NCBI GenBank assembly: GCA_016214655.1
Contig: JACROC010000005.1
Location: 131,078 to 195,077, forward strand
Direction: 5' to 3'
Source of the DNA: Candidatus Harrisonbacteria bacterium
Lineage (GTDB): Bacteria > Patescibacteriota > Minisyncoccia > UBA6257 > 02-FULL-45-10c
DNA: 64,000 nt
Shown: positions 28,365-37,056 of the stretch, piece by piece
Numbering within the stretch: position 1 is the stretch's first letter
Layout of the letters: each line of letters starts with the position of its first letter
Notes under the pieces: model-generated
What the model was told of the DNA's origin: nothing
What the model saw: only the letters and a program-made list of their open reading frames with translations
The model's database searches: none
Position numbers and translations under genes: made by a program

Positions 28365-28712
28365 CTATTTTAATTCCATCGCAATCAAGCCGGACTTTCT
28401 AATTTTTTCTTTATAGTCCGGGAAGGTGTAATACATTTTTTCTAATTCTTCCCCCGATCTTACATTCGGATTTATTTGCTTGGCTTTGTATTTTTTAAGA
28501 AGCGCAGTAATAGTCTTAAAAACTTTGACTCTCTTAATTTTCTTTTCCAGTTTATTTTTACCGCAAATTAGTATCAGCGTATCCCCCACTTTTATATTTT
28601 TGTATCTTTCGGTCGCGGCCCGGGTTTCCACAGTCTTTCGTCCGCTTTTAACCGCCTCAAAAATATCCCTATCCACTTCACGAAATTTTAATTTTATTTT
28701 TTTATATTCCAT
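28365..28712 (-). CDS. ASCH-domain protein
   Basis: FEAVKSGRKTVETR...IKVGDTLILI is the typical ASCH N-terminal pattern. Confidence 0.55.
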   Translation of the reverse strand: MEYKKIKLKFREVDRDIFEAVKSGRKTVETRAATERYKNIKVGDTLILICGKNKLEKKIKRVKVFKTITALLKKYKAKQINPNVRSGEELEKMYYTFPDYKEKIRKSGLIAMELK

Positions 28713-28814
28713 AACATTATTGTAATTATGATCTCACACATTGACAATAACCGGAAATTTTGATAATATATAGTCACGTTCGTTAAAATCACTAACCTAA
28801 CAAAGGAGAATGAA

Positions 28815-29093
28815 ATGGAACATGAACGCTGGCCGAAAGATACAAAAGATACGCTCTACATCGAGAGTAGCTACAACAGCATTAATCTCGGAGAACTCTG
28901 GGGAAAAATCCAACTTAAATGGCCCAGCATCACTATGAAGGAATTGGAAATCACTGCGGAACACATCCATACCGACCATCTAAGTTATGACTTGTACGAC
29001 TCGAGCGATTATACTAACTTCCTCTGCATCACTGCTTCTCCGGAGTACTTCAAACGAACCGCCAAGCCGGAGGTCCTGACCGCGACAAAATGA
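28815..29093 (+). CDS. hypothetical protein
   Basis: 92-aa ORF with an upstream TTGACA-N17-TAATAT promoter, an AAGGAG site and a downstream terminator. Confidence 0.4.
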   Translation: MEHERWPKDTKDTLYIESSYNSINLGELWGKIQLKWPSITMKELEITAEHIHTDHLSYDLYDSSDYTNFLCITASPEYFKRTAKPEVLTATK

Positions 29094-29102
29094 TATTCAC
29101 CC

Positions 29103-29140
29103 AAGCACCCGTTGCATACGCAGCGGGTGCTTTTCATTTC
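29103..29140 (+). terminator. rho-independent terminator
   Basis: AGCACCCGttgcatacgcagCGGGTGCTTTT. Confidence 0.6.
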
Positions 29141-29151
29141 TAAATGAATAA

Positions 29152-29736
29152 CTAACTATCTAAAACCTCACCAAGTAATTTTTTAAGTAACGCCTTAGGT
29201 AAGCCCATAACGCTGTCTTTAGTTCCCTTAAACCCTTTAAGATATGGATCTAAAAGCGGATGTTCGGTGATAAAAGCCCCGGCGGAATTAAGAATATCTT
29301 CATCTTGAGATAATTTTTCTATAACCTCATCCGGAATCGGGTCAAAATACGCCGTGGCAATATCCGTGCCCTTAGCACTTTTACCGTTTGCGGTATTGGT
29401 AACCAGTACCGAACTGTAAGTCGAGGGCGGATACTGCGCATAACTTTTTAAAAATTCCTTCGCCTGCTCCGGATCATTCGGCTTTTCCCGGATTTCTCCG
29501 CGGCACACCACCACCTGATCGGCAGTTATTAAAATATGCGGTTCCTTTACCCGCCTCTTCAGCTCCTCTGCCTTTGCCTCGGCTAATGCCTGAGTTAATT
29601 TAGTCGGATCATCAAAACGTATCATCTTCTCATCAATTCCGGGCGAAATAGCCTCAAACTCGTAACCCATTTCTTCAAGCACTTTTTTCCGCCACTTAGA
29701 AGAAGAACCTAAAATTATTTTCATATCCATACTCAA
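29152..29736 (-). CDS. maf: Maf-like nucleoside triphosphate pyrophosphatase
   Basis: IILGSSSKWRKKVLEEMGY.FE start and the ADQVV..G.I.EKP motif. Confidence 0.85.
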   Translation of the reverse strand: MSMDMKIILGSSSKWRKKVLEEMGYEFEAISPGIDEKMIRFDDPTKLTQALAEAKAEELKRRVKEPHILITADQVVVCRGEIREKPNDPEQAKEFLKSYAQYPPSTYSSVLVTNTANGKSAKGTDIATAYFDPIPDEVIEKLSQDEDILNSAGAFITEHPLLDPYLKGFKGTKDSVMGLPKALLKKLLGEVLDS

Positions 29737-30515
29737 TATTTAAATTCTAAAAATAACGGTGCGTGGTCAGAAGCCATATCCGGCAAAACTTCAAATCGCT
29801 CTACGTTAATATCAGGCGAAGTCAGAACATAATCTGCGAAATTCGGTTCACTGGGATTTTCATAATGCCGATATAAAGGCGTGCGCGTAGATTTAATTTT
29901 ATAATCTTTCACCAGATTACGCATTCCTTTTTCTAATATCTTCAGCGATTCAGTATCAGGAAGCAGATTAAAATCGCCGCATAATATTTTAGGCCCATCA
30001 AAGCCGTCTAAAAATTGCTTAATCCGTTTGGATTGGCCGATCCGTTCAGGAGTATCAGTTTTTGGGCCATTATTCCAAAGACCGTGATAATTCGCAATCA
30101 GCATCTCGCGACCATTTAAGTCTAAAGTAATATATTGCAACTTGCGCGCTGAAAATACGGCGCTACCCGTTTCTTTGGGCTGTTCCGGTTTATAAACTAT
30201 AAAATCTTCGATTGTCTTAAGCGGTACATCCTGGCGCGCAAACACTGCCAAACTCATCCGATTCGGGTCGTCATCAAAATAAGCAAATGACCCCTCAAAA
30301 CCCTTCAGCTCTGCAGAAATTTTATCAAATAGCGGACCGTGTAAATGCTCATCCGGATGCCGCTGATCAGCAACCGCTTGCGGACTATTCCGAACTTCCT
30401 GCAGACAAAATATATCCGCATCCCCTGCCCGCCTGCGAAAAAATCGCATCAGCGGATGCAACGCCCGACCGCTCCAAGTATTCAAAGAAATTAGTCGTAT
30501 AGATTTATTTTTCAT
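29733..30515 (-). CDS. endonuclease/exonuclease/phosphatase (EEP) family protein
   Basis: LSLNTW...CLQEV, GDFN and SDHAPL motifs. Confidence 0.75.
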   Translation of the reverse strand: MKNKSIRLISLNTWSGRALHPLMRFFRRRAGDADIFCLQEVRNSPQAVADQRHPDEHLHGPLFDKISAELKGFEGSFAYFDDDPNRMSLAVFARQDVPLKTIEDFIVYKPEQPKETGSAVFSARKLQYITLDLNGREMLIANYHGLWNNGPKTDTPERIGQSKRIKQFLDGFDGPKILCGDFNLLPDTESLKILEKGMRNLVKDYKIKSTRTPLYRHYENPSEPNFADYVLTSPDINVERFEVLPDMASDHAPLFLEFKY

Positions 30516-30711
30516 TTTTCTTTCTCTTTATATATCGCGCCAATTCAATGACCAATCCGATTGGTAAACTGACTGCCATCATTATTCCAAAAAAATTAGA
30601 CGCCAGCTTAAAATGCCCTCCGGTTATAACCGCGAAAACCACAAAAACGACCCAACCCGCTGCTCCTATTATCGTTAAAATTGTCCAAAATAATAAGTTC
30701 CGCATTTCCAA
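30505..30711 (-). CDS. small 2-TM membrane protein
   Basis: 68 aa. It overlaps the EEP gene start by 11 nt. Confidence 0.45.
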   Translation of the reverse strand: MEMRNLLFWTILTIIGAAGWVVFVVFAVITGGHFKLASNFFGIMMAVSLPIGLVIELARYIKRKKNEK

Positions 30712-30978
30712 CTATTCCAGCGAAATAATCTGGATTCCATTTTGTTTAATCTGCTCTTCTGGCCAAAACAACTTATCAATCTTAAATTTCCCGATATAAG
30801 TGACTTTCTTTTCCTTTTTCCTGCCGGTATATTTTCCTATCTTGGGATCCCATTCTTCTAAAACCAGAACGTCGCCTTCTCCTACTTCAAAGTCATCTAA
30901 TCTCAATTCATATTTCTTTTTCCCGGAAGCTACCGCATCAAAATACTCCGGCCAGATTTTTTTCTTTATAATAGACAT
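30712..30978 (-). CDS. ASCH-like / DUF3850-like small protein
   Basis: KIWPEYFDAVASGKKKYELRLDDFEVGEGDVLVLEEW pattern. Confidence 0.55.
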   Translation of the reverse strand: MSIIKKKIWPEYFDAVASGKKKYELRLDDFEVGEGDVLVLEEWDPKIGKYTGRKKEKKVTYIGKFKIDKLFWPEEQIKQNGIQIISLE

Positions 30979-31069
30979 ATTATTTACACTATAATATTAC
31001 ACGATTCTTGATTGTTACGGCAAAATTTTATTATAATTAAAATTAGTTAATTGGCATTACTCGATAAAA

Positions 31070-31276
31070 ATGAAGAAGCGATGTCCGCGATGTAAGAGAG
31101 CCTTAATTGATGTCACCGCTGTCCGAGGAGTGTTATATTGCGAAGAATGTCCCTATTATCAATGTCCGAAGTGTAATAGCAAAATGACGGAGACTGGTAG
31201 AAGAGTGTGTGGTCATGCAGATTACCTAAAACTGAGGTGTACTAGGTGTGGCCACAGAACGGAGATCGAAAGTTAA
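31070..31276 (+). CDS. double zinc-ribbon protein
   Basis: Four CxxC pairs in 68 aa, followed by the terminator AAGCCCaaacGGGCTTTTT. Confidence 0.5.
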   Translation: MKKRCPRCKRALIDVTAVRGVLYCEECPYYQCPKCNSKMTETGRRVCGHADYLKLRCTRCGHRTEIES

Positions 31277-31316
31277 CGTAACCCCCCACAGAAGCCCAAA
31301 CGGGCTTTTTCTTTTC

Positions 31317-31667
31317 TCAGCGGCCTATGGCCCATAACATTCTGTCCGCATTGATTATCTGTTTCCCTATAGCTCCCGCAAAAAGTCGGTAGGCCGGACG
31401 CTTTTCTTTTTGATAAATGACTCGGATCCCTATCAAAGTTTTACACTTTTTACAGACCAAATCCTTTCCGTAGAACTCCGGGTTTACAATTCGGTCAATA
31501 TATAAACGCTTTAATATTCCGGGACCGTCTTTTTGATATGTCAATAATGGCTTTTTGCATTTTTCACAAAAAATGAGCAGCCATCTAGAATAACTGCCTC
31601 TGACTCTCTTAAATCTGTCATTCTTGAATTTTAGTGCTCTATTTTTCATAACATTTTTATACCTCAC
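31317..31667 (-). CDS. zinc-ribbon protein
   Basis: CEKCKK...CKKCK pairs in a basic protein. Confidence 0.45.
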   Translation of the reverse strand: MRYKNVMKNRALKFKNDRFKRVRGSYSRWLLIFCEKCKKPLLTYQKDGPGILKRLYIDRIVNPEFYGKDLVCKKCKTLIGIRVIYQKEKRPAYRLFAGAIGKQIINADRMLWAIGR

Positions 31668-31873
31668 AGCATTTTAAACAAAAGCTCATTTAATTCGCGC
31701 AATCGGGATTCTAAAACATAAAGCTCAGAATTAGCCTGGTCGAATGCCGAGTTCTCGTGCCAGCCGCCGCCTTCACGTATTGCCTCTCCCCTTTCCCGTA
31801 ATTTATTTTTTATCTTATCTTTTAAATCTTTTATTTGATTTTCTAAATCTATCCTATTATTTATATTTTCCAT
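31664..31873 (-). CDS. GreA N-terminal-domain-like coiled-coil mini-protein
   Basis: Start moved to MENINN to avoid a 65-nt overlap with secA. GGGWHENSAFDQANSELYVLESRLRELNELL resembles the Gre-factor coiled-coil tip region. No C-terminal globular domain is present. Confidence 0.45.
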   Translation of the reverse strand: MENINNRIDLENQIKDLKDKIKNKLRERGEAIREGGGWHENSAFDQANSELYVLESRLRELNELLFKML

Positions 31874-31925
31874 GGCACTTTTTATCCCGCAAAATTCGCT
31901 TCGCTTATCGCGGGATTGCGAGATA

Positions 31926-34289
31926 TCACTTGCCGTGACATCTCTTATATTTCTTTCCACTACCGCAAGGACACGGATCATTGCGCCCAACTTTGCCCGC
32001 CGTGGCCTTAACGAAAGCAGGCTTTATATTCATTTGTAAGTCTCCCGAGTGCTGTTCCTGTGTCTGGATTGGCTTTGGTGCGTGTTTATGTTCTGCTGCA
32101 GCTTGCGCAATGCGTTCTTTATTTTCTTCCATCCATTTATCAAAATCGGCTAACAATTGATCATATAACATCCGGCTTTCTCGGCGATATTCTACCAGAG
32201 GATCATGCTGGCCATAAGCTCTCAAACGTACGGATTCCCTAAGCGCCTCAATATTTTCCAGATGATTCATCCAAAGCATATCCAGCATCATCAGCACTTG
32301 AGGTTGCGTACCGTCTTCCAGCATTTTTTGTCTTTTTTCATAAATAGCCGTACGTTGTTTATTAAAAATATCATCATATTCAAGCAAGTGCTTACGCGCA
32401 TCAAAATTAAAACCCTCCACCCTACTTTGCGCCTGCGTAACAGCTTTAGACACCAATCCTGATTCAATCGGCATATCCTCCGGCACATCCAAAGTTTCCA
32501 TCAGGCTTTTAATCCGGTCCCCGCCGAAAATACGCATAAGATCATCTTCTACCGACAAAAAGAATTGAGAGGAGCCAGGATCGCCTTGGCGCCCGGAACG
32601 GCCGCGAAGCTGATTATCAATGCGCCGCGCGTCATGCCTTTCCGTACCAATCACATGAAGCCCGCCAAGCGTTTTCACTTTTTCTGATTCTAAAATATCC
32701 GGCGGATTCCCGCCTAAAATGATATCCACGCCCCGGCCGGCCATATTAGTTGCAACCGTCACTGATCCGGCTCTGCCAGCCTGCGCAATAATTGCGCCTT
32801 CACGTTCATTGTTTTTGGCATTCAACACTTCATGCCGCACCCCTTCTCGATTCAAATACTGCGACAATAATTCGTTTTTCTCTATTGAGATAGTACCGAT
32901 AAGAACCGGTTGTCCCTGTTTCTGTTTTTCTTTTACTTCCTTGGCTACGGCCTGAAATTTGGCATCGGCGGTTTTATAAATAACATCCGGCAAATTTTTA
33001 CGCTGAACGGGCTTATTAGTCGGAATCGTCACTGCCGGAAGCCCATAAACTTTATCAAACTCTTCAGCTGAAGTTTGGGCAGTGCCAGTCATGCCGGCCA
33101 ATTTTTTATACAAACGAAAATAGTTTTGAATAGTGATCTGCGCGTAAGTACGCGATTCTTGCTGAACTCGCACTCCTTCCTTAGCTTCAATCGCCTGATG
33201 CAATCCGCCGGAATAGCGCCGGCCGAGCATCAAACGGCCAGTATTTTGATCAACAATAATAATTTCGTTATCTTTAACTACGTAATCCTTATCACGCTTG
33301 AAAAGAGCATGTGATTTTAAACTTTCTTCCAGATAATGCGTCAATCTCAAATTTTCCGGCGCGTAAATATTATCTATCCGCAACGCCTTTTCAACTCTAT
33401 CAATTCCCGCTTCGGTAATATCCACCGAACGGTACTTCTCGTCCACAATATAATCTTCGTCTTTTTGCAATGAAGCGGCTAACCGTGAAAAAGTTTTATA
33501 AAGTTCGCTGGATTCTGTGTCCGGCGCGGAAATAATAAGCGGAGTGCGCGCTTCATCAATCAAAATACTGTCAATTTCATCAACGATCGCATAGTTATTT
33601 CCTCGGTATTGTACCTGCTGTTCTTTGGAATACGCTAAATTATCCCTTAAATAATCGAACCCAAATTCATGGTTAGTTCCGTAAGTAATGTCCGCAAAAT
33701 AGGCATCTCTCCGGGAGATCGGCCGAAGATATTCCTGCTGGACTAAAAAACTGCCGGTGGTATCCCGTTCTTTATCCACTAACTTTTCTGCATCTTGGGC
33801 AATGTATGCCGGATCATAGATAAAAGCTCCTTCGTGCACCAGACAGGCCACACTTAATCCCAGAAAATTATAAATCTGTCCCATCCACACCGCGTCTCTT
33901 TTAGCCAAATACTCGTTTACTGTTACTACGTGTACTCCTTTACCCTCAAGCGCATTCAAATAAACCGGCGCCGTAGAGGCCAAAGTCTTACCTTCACCAG
34001 TAGACATCTCGGCAATTTTTCCTTCATGCAAAACCATGCCGCCTATCAATTGAACGTCAAAATGCCGCTGGCCCAAAGTGCGCTTAGCGGCTTCCCGGAC
34101 TAAAGCAAAAGCCCTTGGCAAAAGACCATCTAAGTCAGAACCACCCTGCGCTGAATTCCGCAGTTTATTGCCTTCCTCCCGGATTTGAACATCAGTTAGT
34201 TTTGATATTTCCAGCTCCAGTGCATTGATTTCCCCAACTTGTTTCTCTAATTTTTTTGTCGGATTAAACAGAAAATTCAACAATCGCAT
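31926..34289 (-). CDS. secA: preprotein translocase ATPase SecA
   Basis: MSTGEGKT Walker A, DEID/DEAR box, [10 protein letters not shown], and the C-terminal zinc motif [14 protein letters not shown]. Confidence 0.95.
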   Translation of the reverse strand: MRLLNFLFNPTKKLEKQVGEINALELEISKLTDVQIREEGNKLRNSAQGGSDLDGLLPRAFALVREAAKRTLGQRHFDVQLIGGMVLHEGKIAEMSTGEGKTLASTAPVYLNALEGKGVHVVTVNEYLAKRDAVWMGQIYNFLGLSVACLVHEGAFIYDPAYIAQDAEKLVDKERDTTGSFLVQQEYLRPISRRDAYFADITYGTNHEFGFDYLRDNLAYSKEQQVQYRGNNYAIVDEIDSILIDEARTPLIISAPDTESSELYKTFSRLAASLQKDEDYIVDEKYRSVDITEAGIDRVEKALRIDNIYAPENLRLTHYLEESLKSHALFKRDKDYVVKDNEIIIVDQNTGRLMLGRRYSGGLHQAIEAKEGVRVQQESRTYAQITIQNYFRLYKKLAGMTGTAQTSAEEFDKVYGLPAVTIPTNKPVQRKNLPDVIYKTADAKFQAVAKEVKEKQKQGQPVLIGTISIEKNELLSQYLNREGVRHEVLNAKNNEREGAIIAQAGRAGSVTVATNMAGRGVDIILGGNPPDILESEKVKTLGGLHVIGTERHDARRIDNQLRGRSGRQGDPGSSQFFLSVEDDLMRIFGGDRIKSLMETLDVPEDMPIESGLVSKAVTQAQSRVEGFNFDARKHLLEYDDIFNKQRTAIYEKRQKMLEDGTQPQVLMMLDMLWMNHLENIEALRESVRLRAYGQHDPLVEYRRESRMLYDQLLADFDKWMEENKERIAQAAAEHKHAPKPIQTQEQHSGDLQMNIKPAFVKATAGKVGRNDPCPCGSGKKYKRCHGK

Positions 34290-34388
34290 ATTAAGATACT
34301 TTAATACAAAAAACTCTTAACTTAAAGTGGTTGCGCCGATCTGTCCAGTGTAGTACCCTGTATATAGCTAATTTACAACTATGAGTCA

Positions 34389-35156
34389 GTGGTGAAACAG
34401 CTCGAAGGCGGATTTATTAATAAAGTATATCTAGAAAATGGCATAGTTATAAAAGTTTTTGGCAACGATGAGCTGGTGGGCATACCTTCCGCAGAACGGC
34501 TTAAAAGAGAAAAAACAGCGCTGGAAATTTTTGGAGGTATGGTAGCGCCTCGCCTGTTGCATTCCGAAGGACTTATTCTGCATCAAGAATATATTGAGGG
34601 AGAAACGTACGAAATCAAAGCCCGGCGCGGTGAACAAGTATTTGAAGTAGCCGGAAAAATTTTAGCAAGAATTCATCGGCACCAAATAAACCGTGATCAA
34701 ACTTCTCAATCTTACTATGAAGCACGGTTTGCCAAGGCCTTGGCAATCGCAAAACCAATACTAGACACGGAACAACTGCCGGTAAAATTTGAGGTAGATT
34801 GGAAACTGGTACGCGCCTTTGGCGCATGCTACATTCACGGAGACTTTTGGCTGGCAAACATCATCGGCAAAGAAGAGGCGCCGAAAGTGATCGATTGGGA
34901 GTTTTCCGGCCCCGGATCCCCATATGAAGATTTCGCTATTGCTGATCTCTGGATACTTCGTGAATTTCCAGGATCAGAAACCAACTTCTGGAAGGGATAC
35001 GGCAGGAAGCCAGACCCAAAAACGGTCAATGCCTTCCTAGTTTTGAGGTGCATAGAATTCTTGGCAACAACAACGCTTGATAAATATCTTCTGGAAGAAA
35101 AAGACGGATTCTATCATAATAAAGTTGCTACCCTACATGAAATTAATCAAAGATAA
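34389..35156 (+). CDS. aminoglycoside/choline-kinase-family phosphotransferase (APH-like)
   Basis: YIHGDFWLANII catalytic loop (HGD...N) and IDWEFSG (DxE metal site). Confidence 0.7.
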   Translation: MVKQLEGGFINKVYLENGIVIKVFGNDELVGIPSAERLKREKTALEIFGGMVAPRLLHSEGLILHQEYIEGETYEIKARRGEQVFEVAGKILARIHRHQINRDQTSQSYYEARFAKALAIAKPILDTEQLPVKFEVDWKLVRAFGACYIHGDFWLANIIGKEEAPKVIDWEFSGPGSPYEDFAIADLWILREFPGSETNFWKGYGRKPDPKTVNAFLVLRCIEFLATTTLDKYLLEEKDGFYHNKVATLHEINQR

Positions 35157-35697
35157 TCACATAGACAGCGGCCACTTTCATGCCTGGTGCCGGTATGATC
35201 CGACTTCCTGGAAGCACTACGCCTATCTTTTCGCAAGTATCATGGTTTGTAAAATCCGCAGATTTAAAAGTGTAACTACCCACTTGCCACTGGAGCTGCA
35301 GCATCACATTTATCCTCGCCGAAAAAAAGGAGAAAGGTTAATAAAATTCGGTGAGTTTTTAGCGGCGCTTATCCAAGTAAATTTATACTGGGAGAATGCG
35401 CCGCTTTTTAATTTTGGAACCTGGGATTTAAAACATGGCCAAATCGAATGGGAACTTGTGCCAAAAAACATTCCTCTATGCTTTGATACCGGTCATGCCA
35501 TGCTCGGCGCGAAATCATCCGAAAAAGCAAGGGAATCGATACTGACTATTTTCAAAAAGCGGGCGGGGCAAATTAAACACCTCCATGTTCACGAAAATGA
35601 CTTAATACATGATACGCATACTACGCCAAATAAAATAATTACCAAAGAACTACTCCTAGAAATAACAAAAGGCAAAACTTATATTTTTGAAAAATAA
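35137..35697 (+). CDS. short xylose-isomerase-like TIM-barrel (sugar phosphate isomerase/epimerase-like) protein
   Basis: FDTGHAM and IKHLHVHEND...HDTH metal-ligand-like pattern. It is shorter than typical family members, and the start is uncertain. Confidence 0.4.
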   Translation: MKLIKDNHIDSGHFHAWCRYDPTSWKHYAYLFASIMVCKIRRFKSVTTHLPLELQHHIYPRRKKGERLIKFGEFLAALIQVNLYWENAPLFNFGTWDLKHGQIEWELVPKNIPLCFDTGHAMLGAKSSEKARESILTIFKKRAGQIKHLHVHENDLIHDTHTTPNKIITKELLLEITKGKTYIFEK

Positions 35698-35706
35698 AAA
35701 GAAATT

Positions 35707-36027
35707 TCAATGATCCGCCAGCTTTTCTTTATACTTGCTTAATTCTTTCTTCAATCTGTCCTTCAGCTTGTCTATGGCGGCATGCATTTCTTCATTTGTT
35801 TCTTCTATCCGCAAAACCTTCATTGGCAAATCCAGATTCGCCTCGGCATAAAATATATTTCCTTTATTGTGATGCTTAGTATTCTTGGCTAGTTCTACTC
35901 TTAAAAGAACTTCGGATTTTCTCTCCCACCGCGCCAATAACTTAGCTATTCCGCTCAGTTTCTGCTCAACTAATTGATTCAGCGACGGGGTCAAATCAAA
36001 TCCGGTTGCCTTAACTTGAATTTTCAT
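35707..36027 (-). CDS. hpf: ribosome hibernation promoting factor (short HPF/RaiA)
   Basis: Start moved to MKIQVKATGFDLTPSL. The length and pattern are typical of HPF. Confidence 0.8.
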   Translation of the reverse strand: MKIQVKATGFDLTPSLNQLVEQKLSGIAKLLARWERKSEVLLRVELAKNTKHHNKGNIFYAEANLDLPMKVLRIEETNEEMHAAIDKLKDRLKKELSKYKEKLADH

Positions 36028-36047
36028 AAAAATGCTATTTGCCTGTC

Positions 36048-36168
36048 CCGCACCAAAATTGAGCACTGAATCACTCTATGGAGTCATAATGGTGACCTCC
36101 AAAATGCTATTTGTATTTAGTGAGTGCTCTCTTATGACTCCAGAGAGCAATCCAATTTTTGGTGCGGG
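36048..36168. repeat. long imperfect inverted repeat in the hpf upstream region
   Basis: CCCGCACCAAAATTG...GGAGTCATAA pairs with TTATGACTCC...CAATTTTTGGTGCGGG. There are also the direct repeat TATTTAGTGAGTGCTCTC (36113 and 36170) and AAAATGCTATTTG (36029 and 36101). Confidence 0.6.
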
Positions 36169-36239
36169 ATATTTAGTGAGTGCTCTCCTACCACTCAAAA
36201 ATAAGTATAAAGTATAAGGTAAAAAGTGAAAAGAGGGTT

Positions 36240-36375
36240 AAAAACCAAAAGCCCCTTGCGGGGCTTTTGGCTACAAATAGCGGAGCATTCCTTAGTCGAT
36301 ATCATCGCTGAGGAACGGACTTCTGCTTTCGCCGAAGCCAAGACTTCTACTTGCGTAGAAACCTCACACTCACTA
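36240..36375 (-). ncRNA. candidate ~135-nt small RNA with its own promoter and terminator (family unknown)
   Basis: On the minus strand there is TTGCTT-N17-TATACT (36381-36409). Downstream are the hairpins UUCUAC-GCAA-GUAGAA and C(UUCG)G, enclosed by GAGG/CCUC, then the terminator AAAAGCCCCgcaaGGGGCUUUUGGUUUUU. No credible ORF or SD is present. Confidence 0.3.
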
Positions 36376-36459
36376 TAAATAGTATAGCATATACATATTT
36401 AAAAAGCAATAGTTTTAAGAAGCAATAATTTATGTATCATATATAAAAACGCCTCTTAA

Positions 36460-36735
36460 TTAAAGGCGTTTCCGCGGCTCGCAAAGTTCTTTCGGCATCC
36501 GGTAACAAAAGCCAAGCTTATCTTCCCACATTGATACAACAACAATCAACAATCCGATTAGTCCACAAAAAACCAGTGCAAGACACGATAACTCCTCCAT
36601 CCATGTATAACCAAAATTTCTGAATCTAAGAAGATATAAATTTTTTAAATGATTCTTAACTAAACCATAAGCCAAAATACCACAGACTAGCCAAAACACA
36701 AGCAATACAAGCACGACTCCGATATCAAACATCAC
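36460..36735 (-). CDS. small 2-TM membrane protein
   Basis: 91-aa ORF whose stop is embedded in the terminator AACGCCtttaattaagaGGCGTTTTT. Confidence 0.45.
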   Translation of the reverse strand: MMFDIGVVLVLLVFWLVCGILAYGLVKNHLKNLYLLRFRNFGYTWMEELSCLALVFCGLIGLLIVVVSMWEDKLGFCYRMPKELCEPRKRL

Positions 36736-36826
36736 CCACCCCCTTCCTGCAAGTTTTAACTGCCAACGATCTGGAAATATTATATATCAAAATCACGTAT
36801 TCGTCAAACCCCCGCTCACTCATCTC

Positions 36827-37056
36827 AAAAAAACACCCTAACTTTAAAAGCTGGGGTTCGGTATTATAGTATATTCAAATTTTTGGCTGATTTTCCGTGT
36901 TGTCGTAGAGAAACTACGGAACGCCGGCGCAGCTTGGTACTCCGACTTTAGTCGGAGACCGCCGGCGTGAGGCGTAGCGGGCTCTCGCCGCTGGAGCGAG
37001 AGAACCGCGGTTCTCATAGACAATCCGGTAAAGCAGCCATCTTCAATAATCGAACA
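36827..37056 (-). ncRNA. candidate GC-rich structured RNA downstream of the gtrA-like gene (family unknown)
   Basis: Four or five strong hairpins in an AT-rich genome: GAGAAC-CGCG-GUUCUC, CUCUCGC-N7-GCGAGAG, CGCCGGCG[..CUCCGAC-UAAA-GUCGGAG..]CGCCGGCG and CGUAG-N5-CUACG. A terminator with a U7 run follows at 36827-36857. Confidence 0.3.

Noticed and set aside
36029-36187. The direct repeats of 18 nt and 13 nt raised the possibility of a mini CRISPR array.
   Set aside because: There are only two copies of each repeat, the spacing is irregular, they are embedded in a larger inverted repeat, and no cas genes are present in the window.
36305-36325. GCTGAGGAACGGACTT resembles the RNase P RNA P4 string GAGGAAAGUCC.
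   Set aside because: The match is imperfect (GAGGAACGGAC). The candidate transcript is on the opposite strand and is only ~135 nt long. No second P4 strand (ACAGAA...) or other RNase P helices are present.
37021-37045. The AAGCAGCC string (CCGGTAAAGCAGCCATC) resembles the SRP RNA helix-8 motif GGAAGCAGCC.
   Set aside because: The flanks cannot form the GNAR-tetraloop stem or the symmetric and asymmetric loops of SRP domain IV on either strand.
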